Translations under genes and position numbers: made by a program
The notes under the pieces: generated by a model
What the model saw: the letters and a program-made list of their open reading frames with translations, nothing else
Told to the model about the DNA's origin: nothing
Databases searched by the model: none
Shown here: positions 20,001-30,793 of the stretch, piece after piece
Layout: every line of letters starts with the position of its first letter
Position numbering within the stretch: the first letter of the stretch is position 1
Origin: an uncultured delta proteobacterium
GTDB lineage: Bacteria; Myxococcota_A; Polyangia; Fen-1088
Assembly: GCA_963796685.1 (NCBI GenBank)
Contig: CAWCMR010000009.1
Span: forward strand, 1 to 64,000
Reading direction: 5' to 3'
Length of the DNA stretch: 64,000 nt

Positions 20001-22601
20001 TCAGCTCGATTGATTCTGGCGCAGCGTCGCCTCCAGTGTCTTGGCGGCGGTGATATCGGCAAAGGTGATCACCACGCCGTCGATGCGGTTGTCCAGCGTG
20101 CGATAGGGCATGATGCGTACCGAGAACCAGCGCGCGTCCACGGTCTTCACCGGCGTCTCCTTGAATACCAGAGTTCTCAGCACGGTTTGCGCGTCGGAAG
20201 CGAGCTCCGGGTAAATCAGATCGGAAGCAAGGTCGGTGATGGGCCGATTCAGGTCGCTGGGAATCAGCTTGATGATCTTCGTCATGCTCGGGGTGAAACG
20301 CCGCACCTTCAGGGTTTCGTCCAGGAACAGGGTGGCGATGTCGGTGCTGTCGAGCAGGTTTCGCATGTCGTTGTTGGCGCGAGATTCGTCCTCGACCTTG
20401 GCCTGCAGCTCGTGGTTGAGGGTTTGCAGCTCTTCGTTCAGGGACTGCATCTCCTCCTTGGAGGTGGTCAGCTCCTCGTTCGTGCTCTGCAGCTCCTCGT
20501 TGGTAGACTGCAGTTCCTCGTTGGCCGATTTGAGCTCCTCCTGGGACGTCTGCATTTCCTCCCGTGTGGATCGGATCTCTTCGCGCGCGTGCAAAAGCTC
20601 TTGCTCCAGCCTCGCCTCAGCCGCGGGAATTCGAGCACGTTTGCCCGACGGCCTTTCGACCGGGGATGAGGCCACGTCGGCGAACACAGTCATGACCATC
20701 CCACGCATTGCTTCCGGCTCGTGCAGTGGCTCGATGGTGACATCCACAGTGTGCACGACCCCGCCGTCTTTCACCCGCACACGAATCTGCCCAGCACCGC
20801 GCCGATCTCGCAAGGCTTTCTGGAAGGCACTACCAAGTTCGTTGCGCAATCCCGCGCGGGCCATGGCGTGGATGTTCCAGTTGGCTTTGCCGGCCGCAGG
20901 CTCAAGGTATTTGCCCGTCCGCCCGCTGATATAGAGAATGTCCCCCTGCGCGTTGGTGAGCACGGCGGCGGGCGAGTAGCGATCGAGCAAAAGCTGCGCA
21001 GCCTGGGTTTGCAGATTGGGAAGCGGTGCCGCTACGCCAGCCGCTGGGTCCGCCGTACGGGATCGGACATGGAACAAAGCCGGAAACTCGACGGGCATGG
21101 CCTTGGACGCGGTATCGAGCCGCCGATAGATTCGCGTTTTGCCACCCTTGGGGGCAAAGAGATCGGCGACCGGCCCCAGCGTCTCCGCGCTGCCCAGAAA
21201 AAGAATGCCGCCCGGCCTGAGGCTGTAGTGAAAAAGCGGAAGGAGCTTCGTCTGCAGCTCGGGTTCCAGGTAGATGAGAAGGTTGCGGCAGCTCAAGATG
21301 TCGAGCTTGGTAAACGGCGGATCCATGATGATGTTCTGCGTGGCGAAGACCACCGACTCGCGGATCTCCTGGCGCACCCGGTAGCCTTGCTCCTCCTTCA
21401 CGAAGAACCGGCCCAGGCGCTCCGCCGAAACATCGCTGGCGATGTTGGTCGGGTAGCTTCCCTGCCGCGCGCGTTCGATAGAATCCTTGTCGAGGTCGGT
21501 GGCGAAGATTTGCAGCGAAAAGCTCTGGGTCGGCCGAGCTTCCGCCCGAGCTTCCGCCAAGACCTCCCTGAAAACCATGGCCAAGGAGTATGCCTCCTCC
21601 CCGGTCGAGCAGCCTGGCACCCATGCCCGCAGCTCCCCACCCGCCGGACGTTCCGCCAGCAGCGCGGGAATGGCCTTCTTTTGCAGGTAGTCCCAGGCTT
21701 CCGCATCGCGGAAGAAGTTGGTCACGCCGATCAGCAGCTCCTTGAAGAGCAGCGTGGTTTCCTGCGGGTTTTCCTGCATGTAGCGCAAGTAGCCGGCGAT
21801 GCCGTCGATCTGATGCAGTCCCATGCGCCGCTCGATGCGGCGATAGATGGTGCTGCGTTTGTATTGCGAAAAATCGTGACCGGTTTGACTTCGCAAAAGG
21901 ACGCATATCTTCTCGATCGCGCTCTCGGTCTTGGAGGCCAAGATGAGATCGGGCGGGGCCATGCGTGGAGCGCGGGCAAGGTAGGCTACGATCTTGCTGG
22001 CTAGCTCCTCGACCGGCGCCACCACATCGGCCAGCCCAGCATCGATGGCGCTTCTGGGCATGGAGTCGAACTTGGCCGAGGCCGGGGCCTGCACGAACAC
22101 TGCGCCGCCTTTCCCCTTGATGGCGGCGAGACCCAGGGTTCCATCCGAGCCCATTCCCGAGAGGACCAGGCCGATGCCTTGGGGCCCTTGGTCGGCGGCC
22201 AGGGAGCGCAGGAAAAAATCAATGGGCAGCCGCAGCCCACGCGGCGCTGCCGGAGCCAGCAAGTGCAGCACCCCGTGCAGGATGGACAGATCCTTGTTGG
22301 GTGGAATGACGTAGACGCGATCAGGCTCGACCTTCACGCGATCCTTGACCTGAAGAACCTTCATCGGTGTGGCCCGCGATAGCAGCTCGACCAACATGCC
22401 CTTTTGGGTGGGGTCCAAATGCTGAACGACCACGAAGCAAAGTCCGCTCTTGTCCGGCAAGTGGCGCAAGAAGCTCTCCAGCGCCTCCAGACCTCCAGCC
22501 GAGGCACCGATGCCGACAATGGGGAACGAAGGACACACGGCTGCGACGGGCTGGGTGGCTTTCTTCGAATCCATGGATTTTGTTTTTCGATTGCGAGTCA
22601 T
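20001..22601 (-). CDS. CheB/CheR fusion protein with PAS domains
   Basis: GASAGG, SGMGSDG, GCSTGEE, SCRNLLIY, ELQSTNEEL repeats. Confidence 0.95.
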   Translation of the reverse strand: MTRNRKTKSMDSKKATQPVAAVCPSFPIVGIGASAGGLEALESFLRHLPDKSGLCFVVVQHLDPTQKGMLVELLSRATPMKVLQVKDRVKVEPDRVYVIPPNKDLSILHGVLHLLAPAAPRGLRLPIDFFLRSLAADQGPQGIGLVLSGMGSDGTLGLAAIKGKGGAVFVQAPASAKFDSMPRSAIDAGLADVVAPVEELASKIVAYLARAPRMAPPDLILASKTESAIEKICVLLRSQTGHDFSQYKRSTIYRRIERRMGLHQIDGIAGYLRYMQENPQETTLLFKELLIGVTNFFRDAEAWDYLQKKAIPALLAERPAGGELRAWVPGCSTGEEAYSLAMVFREVLAEARAEARPTQSFSLQIFATDLDKDSIERARQGSYPTNIASDVSAERLGRFFVKEEQGYRVRQEIRESVVFATQNIIMDPPFTKLDILSCRNLLIYLEPELQTKLLPLFHYSLRPGGILFLGSAETLGPVADLFAPKGGKTRIYRRLDTASKAMPVEFPALFHVRSRTADPAAGVAAPLPNLQTQAAQLLLDRYSPAAVLTNAQGDILYISGRTGKYLEPAAGKANWNIHAMARAGLRNELGSAFQKALRDRRGAGQIRVRVKDGGVVHTVDVTIEPLHEPEAMRGMVMTVFADVASSPVERPSGKRARIPAAEARLEQELLHAREEIRSTREEMQTSQEELKSANEELQSTNEELQSTNEELTTSKEEMQSLNEELQTLNHELQAKVEDESRANNDMRNLLDSTDIATLFLDETLKVRRFTPSMTKIIKLIPSDLNRPITDLASDLIYPELASDAQTVLRTLVFKETPVKTVDARWFSVRIMPYRTLDNRIDGVVITFADITAAKTLEATLRQNQSS

Positions 22602-22742
22602 CGTGATGGGGCTCCGAGCTCTGAGAGCCTGGCCGAGCCTGATGCATTGTCTAGGCCAGTTGAGGTTGGACCTGGCGTGAAGTGCAAATGCCGCGTACGA
22701 TCCCAGAGCTTATGGCGGCGAAGAGGAGGATGATGGTGCCCG

Positions 22743-23456
22743 ATGAATGGCAATGATGACAAGCCTAAAGGCATCGCTAAGCTGCGCTGGCGGGCCGAAG
22801 AGATCGCCCAGAAGCAAGGCGATCCGGCGCCAAAAGATCTGACGCTCATGTCGCGCGAGGAAGCGCTGAGGCTTGTCCATGAGCTTCGCGTGCATCAGAT
22901 CGAGCTGGAGATGCAGAACGAAGAATTGGTACGGGCCCAGGCGGAGCTGAGCGCGACCCGAGAGCGCTATTTCGACCTCTACAACCTGGCGCCGGTGGGC
23001 TATTTCGTCATCTCGCACGATGGGCGCATTTTGGAAACCAATCTGACCGGCGTCATTCTGCTGGGCATTCCCCGGGCCGCGCTTGTCAAGCAGCCCATCA
23101 CCAAGTTCATCTTCAAGCAGGACCAAGACGTCTATTATCTGCACCGCAGAGAGCTTCTGGCCACGGGCAAGGCGCACACGTGTGAGCTGCGGATGGTGAA
23201 GGCCGACGGGACGGCATTCTGGGCTCGACTGACGGCCACCACGCAGGACCCATCAGGCGATGGCGGTGCGCCCGCGAGCCGCGTGGTCCTGAGCGACATA
23301 AGCGAGCGGAAACAGATGGAGCAAGACAGGGCCAAGTTGGATGCCCGCCTGCAACAGGCCCCGAAGCATCCGCGCCGAGAGCGCAAGCCAGCGAGGGGCA
23401 AAGGCGGCAAAGGCGGCAAGGGCGGCAAAGCTCGGAAGAAGACCGCCGGAAGATAA
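22743..23456 (+). CDS. PAS-domain protein
   Basis: HELRVHQIELEMQNEEL coiled coil + PAS; paralogous to the kinase N-terminus. Confidence 0.8.
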   Translation: MNGNDDKPKGIAKLRWRAEEIAQKQGDPAPKDLTLMSREEALRLVHELRVHQIELEMQNEELVRAQAELSATRERYFDLYNLAPVGYFVISHDGRILETNLTGVILLGIPRAALVKQPITKFIFKQDQDVYYLHRRELLATGKAHTCELRMVKADGTAFWARLTATTQDPSGDGGAPASRVVLSDISERKQMEQDRAKLDARLQQAPKHPRRERKPARGKGGKGGKGGKARKKTAGR

Positions 23457-23511
23457 AGGAGAGCGCCAAGGGCCATCCTCACGATGGCTGGGAAGGAACG
23501 GAGAATTTTCA

Positions 23512-24171
23512 ATGCAGGCTCAGGGCGCTGAAAAGGACTTTCCCGTCGTCTGCGTGGGTGGCTCGGCCGGTGGCCTCGACGCCTACACACGGCTTCTTCG
23601 GCATCTGCCAGCCCACCTGGGTGTCGCCATCGTCATCGTGAATCACCTGAGAACCGTGGGGACTTTGCTCCACGAGATTCTCCCGCGCTACACGGAGATG
23701 CCGGTCGAGCTGATCACGGATAGTCTGCGGATTCAGCCCGACCGGGTATTCATTATTCCGGCACAGTGTGATTTGCACGTTCTTGATGGAGAATTCCATC
23801 TCAAGCCCATTTCAAAGCCCCGAGGATGGCCCGATGTGATCACGGTCTTTCTGCGCTCCTTAACGCAGCACTGGGACGGCAAACTCATCGCGGTCATTGT
23901 CTCTGGCTATGATGGTGATGGGGCAGCAGCTCTGCGTGAAATCAAGGAAGTGGGGGGCATTACCATCGCGCAGAAGCTCGATACGGCGGGGCAGCCCGAC
24001 ATGCCTGAGAGCGCAATAGCGAGCGGATGCATAGACTTTGTCCTTTCACCTGAGGACATAGCTCTAGAGATCGTGCGAATTGCGCACGCCACTAGGGACG
24101 ATCTGGGCGGCACGCTAGCGTCGACTTCTCCAGTAGTAGCCGCCACCACCGCCAAAGAGAAGGACTCCTAG
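23512..24171 (+). CDS. stand-alone CheB-type methylesterase
   Basis: GGSAGG, NH, SGYDGDG catalytic motifs. Confidence 0.9.
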   Translation: MQAQGAEKDFPVVCVGGSAGGLDAYTRLLRHLPAHLGVAIVIVNHLRTVGTLLHEILPRYTEMPVELITDSLRIQPDRVFIIPAQCDLHVLDGEFHLKPISKPRGWPDVITVFLRSLTQHWDGKLIAVIVSGYDGDGAAALREIKEVGGITIAQKLDTAGQPDMPESAIASGCIDFVLSPEDIALEIVRIAHATRDDLGGTLASTSPVVAATTAKEKDS

Positions 24172-24563
24172 GACGATCAATATAATCAGTGTGCTGTTGC
24201 TCATGATTTTGCTCTCCCTTCAGGCTCTCTCCGCGGGGCCACTGCTCTAGGTAGGAAACCCAGCGCTTGCGCCCCGCACCCGCTGAAGTGCATCTTTCAG
24301 GCCTGTCGACGTGCCCCATCCTGAAGGAGGGTGGATCCTCTGGCGAGCAACTCTCAGCACCCACGAGTCCATCATGTTGATGGACCGATCCAATCATCGT
24401 GACTGATCCAAGGGTCGACAGGCCGCGCTGGTTCCCCCCAACGCCAGATAATCTGAGGCCGCGTCAGTTTTGGCCCGGGTTGGCTTCCTCTTTGCTTCTC
24501 CGGTCGCCAAGTTCGCCGGATCCGCCTAGTCGACCGGTGACGCAACCACCACAAGGAGACCCC

Positions 24564-24995
24564 ATGCGAATTCAGAATGTTCTGCTCGGAGCTTCGATCT
24601 CAGCACTACTGGCCATGACCGCCACCGCAAACGCCGCCGAGAATACGGTCCAGAAAGAAGGCAATGCCATGGAAGCGAAGGGCAATGTCCAGGAGCAGAA
24701 GGCCGTGCACGAGAAGAAGGCGGCCGAGAAAACCGCAGCCAAGGGCGAGGCCAAGGAAGTCAAGGGCGAACAAATGCAGAAAGACGCCAAGGTGCTGAAG
24801 AAGCACGACAACACGGCGGCGGAGGGTGCGCGAGTAGACAAAGCCGGGGCAGCGGAAAAGGCCAAGGGCGAGAAGATGGAAGAGTCCGCGAAGGCGCACA
24901 AAGAGCACGCCAAGAAGACACAGAAGGCGGCCAACACGATGGAAGAGTCCGGCAACAAGGTCGAGAAGGCCGGCACCGCGATAGACAAGAAATAG
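24564..24995 (+). CDS. secreted Lys/Ala/Glu-rich (LEA-like) protein
   Basis: AAGGAG RBS, signal peptide ending ANA, low-complexity helical repeats. Confidence 0.75.
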   Translation: MRIQNVLLGASISALLAMTATANAAENTVQKEGNAMEAKGNVQEQKAVHEKKAAEKTAAKGEAKEVKGEQMQKDAKVLKKHDNTAAEGARVDKAGAAEKAKGEKMEESAKAHKEHAKKTQKAANTMEESGNKVEKAGTAIDKK

Positions 24996-25013
24996 AACCA
25001 GAAGAGGTGAATC

Positions 25014-25496
25014 ATGTACCCAACGAAGAACGATATTCACGAAAAGAATCGCGCACCCTTGGTGGAATTGCTGAACGCTCGCCTGGCCGATGCCATCGAC
25101 CTGCAGACCCAGTGCAAACAAGCGCACTGGAACGTGAAAGGACCGGACTTCATCTCCTTGCACGAGCTGTTCGACAAGCTGAATGAGGATGTCGAGACCT
25201 ACGTGGACGACATCGCCGAACGCGCCGTTCAGCTAGGGGGAATCGCGGAGGGAACCGCCCGCGGCGTGGCCAAGCGGACCACGCTGGCCGAGTACGCGGC
25301 GAAGACCGGCGCGGGCCGCGATCACGTGGACGCCCTGTCATCGGCCCTGGCGGCGTTCGGGAAATCGGTTCGGCAATCCATTGCAAAGAGCGACGAGCTG
25401 GGCGATGCCGACACCACCGACCTCTTCACCGAGGTTTCTCGCGGCGTCGACAAGTGGCTCTGGTTCGTCGAGGCGCACCTGCAGGCCGAGCGCTAG
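25014..25496 (+). CDS. dps: DNA starvation/stationary phase protection protein
   Basis: HWNVKGPDFISLHELFD…DDIAER. Confidence 0.95.
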   Translation: MYPTKNDIHEKNRAPLVELLNARLADAIDLQTQCKQAHWNVKGPDFISLHELFDKLNEDVETYVDDIAERAVQLGGIAEGTARGVAKRTTLAEYAAKTGAGRDHVDALSSALAAFGKSVRQSIAKSDELGDADTTDLFTEVSRGVDKWLWFVEAHLQAER

Positions 25497-25580
25497 TAAC
25501 AGAGATTGGAAAGCCGTTCCTCCCGGTGTATTGGCATCGCCGGGAGGGACCGCAGCCAGCTGGCGGTAGCAACGGCAACG

Positions 25581-25775
25581 TCAACGACCCTCTCGATGCT
25601 CATATTCGCGGCCTTCGCCTTCGCGATGATCCCCGCGACCATCGTTTCCCCGATGCTCGTCGTGCCGATAGTGGTCGTCGCCACGTCTGGGTCCTCGCTC
25701 TCCCCAGAAGCATCCGCTCGATCCGATCGCGGCCAACAGCGCCAGAATTAACAGTCTTTTCATTGTGTCTCCCAA
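25581..25775 (-). CDS. small lipoprotein
   Basis: MKRLLILALLAAIGSSGC lipobox. Confidence 0.6.
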   Translation of the reverse strand: MGDTMKRLLILALLAAIGSSGCFWGERGPRRGDDHYRHDEHRGNDGRGDHREGEGREYEHREGR

Positions 25776-26321
25776 TTAGAAATAGGCGCGAACGCCCAGA
25801 CCCACGTCGATGGTGAAATCGAGCGGCGGAACGATCACGATGGCGGGCGCGATTTCGAGGTAGGCTTCGAGAAAGTCCGGGCGCCGGAATGTGGCCGCGA
25901 TCCCGAGCGGAACGCGGGCCAGAAGGACGACGTCGTGGCCGAGGTCGTTGGAGCCGTAAGCTGACGTGATCAACCGCCCACCAAAACCAACATACCAGTC
26001 GAGACGATTTGTCCTGTTGAGGATATTCTCCTCGTACAGGTAGTCCATGTGCACGCTGAAGTTGTGATTGATATTGCCGCAACGATAGGAGTTGCCGTTC
26101 GCATCCCTGCACCAGTCGTAGCCCCAGCCACCGAATCCGAGCCCGAAGTCGAAGGCATGGGCGCCCCCGACAAAGGCCTTCGCCGTAATGGCTGTTGGTT
26201 CGCCGATCTGGAAGCCCAAGCCGAAGTTGCGCGAGGTACCAACCTCGGTGGCCTGGACGCGACTTGCGTGGGTGGAGGTAAGAGCCGCAGCGGCCAATGC
26301 GAGCAACGCGAAACGTTTCAT
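25776..26321 (-). CDS. putative outer-membrane beta-barrel protein
   Basis: signal peptide, alternating strands, C-terminal RAYF. Confidence 0.7.
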   Translation of the reverse strand: MKRFALLALAAAALTSTHASRVQATEVGTSRNFGLGFQIGEPTAITAKAFVGGAHAFDFGLGFGGWGYDWCRDANGNSYRCGNINHNFSVHMDYLYEENILNRTNRLDWYVGFGGRLITSAYGSNDLGHDVVLLARVPLGIAATFRRPDFLEAYLEIAPAIVIVPPLDFTIDVGLGVRAYF

Positions 26322-26483
26322 GGCCAGCGTCTACAGCAGTTTTCGGGCCACCATGACGGACAAGCAATTTCGAGAGGTTGTGAGCCCGGGCGAGTGTCGC
26401 GGATTGGTTCGATCGACCAGAACGAACTACCGTCACCATCGCTTTGATGGATGGGCGAGCCTCAGCAGCGACCGGGCTCGGCC

Positions 26484-28271
26484 CTATTTCTTCCCGGGCA
26501 TGGAGGATGCCTGACGGTGCGCGTACCCCCGCTGTTCGAGCAATTCCACGACTTCATTGGTCGAGACTTTGGCCAGTGCGGCCGTCGCCAGCACTTCGGC
26601 TTCGGCTAGCGTGGTCGCGCGAATCGCATTCTTGACCTCAAGCATCTCGCCAGGTGCCACGCTGAATTCGCGCAGTCCGAGCCCCAGGAGCAGCTCGGTG
26701 TACGCCGGATCGCCGGCCATTTCGCCGCAAATCGACAGAGGCCGGCCGGCGTCGCGCGCGGCATCGGTTACGAAGCGGATGACCCGCAAAACGGCCGGGT
26801 GGAGGGGCTGGTAATAGTCGTCGACGCTGTCGTCCTCGCGATCCGCTGCAAGCACATATTGCACCAAATCGTTGGTGCCCAGACTGAAGAAGTCGAGACT
26901 CCTTGGCCAGCACCGCGGTTAGCACGGCCGCCGACGGAACCTCAATCATGGCCCCCAGTGGAATTTTCGGATTGAAGGCCTTGCCTTCGGCCCCGAGCTC
27001 CGCCATGGCTTCGTTCATTACGACGCGTGTCGCTCGCACGTCCTCGATCCCACCCACCACCGGTATCAGCACCGACACCGGGTGCTCTGCGCTGACCCGC
27101 AGAAAGACCCGCACTGACTTTTCAGCAGGCTTGGATTCGTGAGCAAGAGGCGAATTCCGCGCTGGGCCAGCGAAGGGTTGCGCGCATGGGGCAAAGGAAA
27201 GTAGGAGAGCTGCTTGTCGCCCCCCACGTCGAGCAGGCGCAGCACGATCTTGCGCGGGTGGATGCGCTCGGCTGCGCGCTTCCAAAGTTGATACTGTTCC
27301 TCCTCGCTGGGGAACGTGCTGCGGATCGAGAATGCGAACTCCGTCCGATAGAGACCAATCCCGTCGGCTCGATAAAGGCAAGCCGCCTCCGTGTCCGAAA
27401 CCTTGCTGGCGTTCGCGAGCAGGGGGATCGCGATAGCGTCGAGCGTGATCGAGGGTAGATCGATGCTCTCCTGCAGCCCCGCGCGGTAGCCGGAAAGCTC
27501 GGACTCAAGCCGCTCGTACTCGCTCTGCACCGACGGGTCCGGGTTCACGAAGACGATGCCGGACACGCCGTCGACGATGAGCTGGTCGCCTGTCTTGATT
27601 TTAAGTGGAGCGTCTCGGATCCCTGACACCGCCGGTATTCGCGATGAGCGCGCGAGGATCGACGTGTGCGAGAATTTTCCGCCCCGCTCTGTCACGAGTG
27701 CCTTCACCCGGCTGAGCTCGAAGCGCGCGGTGGCCGATGGCAACAACTCGTCGGCGACCAAGATGGAGCCGTCCGGCATCTCCAGCACGCCGAGTCTGTC
27801 GTCCTTGGCCAGCGCCGCGAGAATGCGGCGACCGATATCGCGAATGTCTACCGCTCGCTCGCGCAAGTAGGGATCCGACACCTGATCGAAAGCGCGGACG
27901 AATGTCTCGACGACATCGACCAGGGCGGCCTCGACGTTGATTCGGCGCTCCTGGACCGCGGTCGCAACCTGTGCGTGCAGGCGGTGATCCCGCACCACCA
28001 GCGCCTGAGCCGCGAAGATGTCTCCCTCGCTCGCGCCAACACGCAAAGCCACGTCGTCCCGCAACGCGAGCAGCTCTTTCTCCGCCGTCCCGATCGCCAC
28101 ATTGAAGCGCGCAAGCTCGGCGTCCACCTCGGTCGCTTCCACGCTACGTCGCGGAACCAGAATCTGATCGACCGACGAGAGAACGTAGGCCTTGCCGTGT
28201 GCAATACCCGAAGAGATGGGAATGCCCCGGAGCGTGGAGTTCTGCGACACGATCATCCCGTCGAGTGTCAC
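26484..28271 (-). pseudogene. ptsP: PEP-protein phosphotransferase (PTS enzyme I), frameshifted
   Basis: SHTSILARS, GIGLYRTEF, GAMIEVP and ICGEMAGD spread over three frames. Confidence 0.85.
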
Positions 28272-28402
28272 ACACTCTCAAGCACCGTCAACTGGAGTGA
28301 CGAAGGCGACCTATGTCCGAGACGCGATAGGGTAGAATACGCTTGATCTCGGGACAGGTATTTCAGGGATGGAGTTTGGGCGGTGTTGGCGAATGGATAG
28401 AG

Positions 28403-30059
28403 TCAGCTTGCAAGCGCACGCCTCTTGCCGATCATGCCGTAGCTCTTGAGCTTGCGGTACAGTGTCGCAGATCCAATGTTGAGCTGCTCGGCGGTGTGGG
28501 TCTGGTTGCCGGTATTGAGCTCCAGCGCCGCTAGGATGTATTCCTTCTCGACCTCTTCCAGCGGCCGCACCTTGCCCTGGCTGGCCATGGGGGTGGGAAA
28601 GGACTGACGGATCTCCTCGGGCAGATCCTCGAATTCCACGCGACTTCCGCGCGCCAGCGCCACGGCGCGCTCCATGGCGTTTTCGAGCTCGCGTACGTTG
28701 CCCGGCCAGGGGTAGCGCAGAAGCTGATCGGCGGTTTCGGGAGCAAGCCCCGTGATCTTGCGCTTCATGCGCACCGCCACGTCCGCGAGCAGCACCCGAG
28801 CCAGCGGCAAGATGTCGTCTCTGCGCTCGCGCAGGGGTGGCACGTGGAGCTCGACCACCTTCAGCCGATAGTAAAGGTCTTGCCGGAAATCTCCGCCCGC
28901 CACGCCGTGGGCAAGGTCGCGGTTGGTCGCGGCCAGGACGCGCACGTCGACCTTGCGGCTCTTGTTTTCGCCGACGCGGCGGATCTCCCGCTCTTGCAGC
29001 GCGCGCAGGAGCTTGACTTGCATGCCGGGCGAGACCTCGCCGACCTCGTCGAGCAGCAGCGTGCCACTGTTGGCGGACTCGAACAGGCCGGGTCGGTCCT
29101 GGGTCGCGCCGGTGAACGCGCCTCGTGCGTGTCCGAAGAGCTCGCTCTCGAGAAGGGTCTCGGTGATGGCGCCGCAGTTGACGGCCACGAATGGCCCGGC
29201 GGCGCGCGTGGACTCTTCGTGGACGAGCCGAGCGACTCGCTCCTTGCCCAATCCGCTTTCGCCTGTGATAAGAACGGTGGAATCGACTTTTGCCACCCGG
29301 CGCGCCAAGTCCACGACCTGTGCCATCGCGACGCTCTTGGCGACGATGCCGAGCGGCTCCTCCACGTCGCTCGCCACGCGAACCAGGGCTCGGCGGTGCA
29401 TGCGCAGTTTCTGCTCGGCCGCCTTCAGCGTATCCGTGACTCGCGCAAGGGAGACATCGAGGCATTCCTTGAGGTTGTCCGCCTTGAAGAAACGTAGCTC
29501 CTCGCTGTGCTCGTCACCCCACTCCTCGCGCGTTCGCCCAATGATGTGGCAGGCCGCATCGCCCTTGCCCATGCAGCGGTCTTCAAGGACGTAGATCTCG
29601 TGTCCGCAACTCCGGCTGAGGTAGCCGCTGCTGAGGCCGCAAATGGTCCAGCACGCGGGCTCGTCCGATCGACCGAAGTGCAAGAGGTGTTGCTCCGCCT
29701 CGTAGGAGGCCGTGAGCATCATGCCTTCCTTCGAAAGGGGACCCTGGCTTTCCGGTTCCAAGCGAAAGAGACCTTCGAGGGTGTGGATGTGGGTACCAGC
29801 CTGCTGCCATTCCTCGCTGCTTTGCCACTTGAATTGGGCCTGCATGGCCTCGGCCATGCGCCAACCATGGGCGAAGCCGAACTGGATCAGCACGGCGTGC
29901 GCGGCGGTCACGCCGAAGTTCTCGACGAGATACTTGCGCAGAAGTCCCATCGCCACCGCGTCCAGCAGCAGCGCACGTTGCCCAGCGAAGCGGATCACGC
30001 CGCCTTCCGGGTCCAATTCCAGAGAGCTCCTTGAGATCCAGATCGCCTGCCCTCATCAC
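28403..30059 (-). CDS. XylR-type sigma54 activator (XylR_N, V4R, AAA+, HTH); apparent frameshift near 30025
   Basis: [31 protein letters not shown]. Confidence 0.9.
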
Positions 30060-30167
30060 CGTCCCTCTCCTTCGATTTGATGGGAAACGTACGTCGCTTT
30101 GATTGAGTTGGCCAGGACCAAGAGTCGTTTGCGGTGCAAGCTGCCGTTTTCATTGCCGACTAGTTGA

Positions 30168-30183
30168 TGGCCCGGAACCTGCT
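30168..30183 (+). promoter_or_regulatory. sigma54 -24/-12 promoter
   Basis: TGGCCCGGAACCTGCT with correct GG-N10-GC spacing, divergent from the sigma54 activator. Confidence 0.65.
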
Positions 30184-30216
30184 GTAGGTGGAATACGCGT
30201 CCAAGAAAGGCAGAAC

Positions 30217-30402
30217 ATGAGAACCCAAATTCCAAAAACCGTACCGCTTGGTGAGTTGATCCTGACCGTCTTCGACAAGGCCGCGCAGTACAGCGCCGAT
30301 CCGCAAGAGATCTCGCGCCTGGCCACGCAGACCGTCTCGCACATGCTGTGGCACACGCCGAGGCTGAAGACCGCACCACAACCTTGCACCATGGTTTCCT
30401 AG
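30217..30402 (+). CDS. small hypothetical protein
   Basis: AAAGG RBS, first ORF after the sigma54 promoter. Confidence 0.55.
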   Translation: MRTQIPKTVPLGELILTVFDKAAQYSADPQEISRLATQTVSHMLWHTPRLKTAPQPCTMVS

Positions 30403-30412
30403 CAGGCGCGCC

Positions 30413-30562
30413 ATGCTTTGGACAATCGCCGTCATTCTTCTCGTGCTCTGGGCACTTGGATTCTTCACCGCGCACGCCATGGGAGGTTTCATTCACATCC
30501 TTCTCGTGGCTGCCGTGGTCATGGTCCTGGTTCGTGTCATTCAAGGCCGCCGCATCGTTTGA
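30413..30562 (+). CDS. lmo0937-family small membrane protein (49 aa, not in the ORF track)
   Basis: MLWTIAVILLVLWALGFFTAHAMGGFIHILLVAAVVMVLVRVIQGRRIV. Confidence 0.85.
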   Translation: MLWTIAVILLVLWALGFFTAHAMGGFIHILLVAAVVMVLVRVIQGRRIV

Positions 30563-30575
30563 AAAGGAGAACAAC

Positions 30576-30793
30576 ATGACACAACATCCACAAGAAGTTC
30601 CGATCGTCCCTACCGTCGATTCGCACCTGCAAAACACCAAAGATCTCTACGACAACAAGCTCGCCGCGCTGGACGGTGACATCGGCCAAGTCAAGGACTT
30701 CTACTTCGATGACAACATCTGGGTGGTTCGCTACGCCATCGCGGACACGGGATCTTGGCTTACCGGACGCCTCGTTCTGCTTTCCCCGCATGC
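30576..30793 (+). pseudogene. PRC-barrel protein truncated by IS copy 3
   Basis: DGDIGQVKDFYFDD…WVVRYAIADTGSWL…LLSP. Confidence 0.8.
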
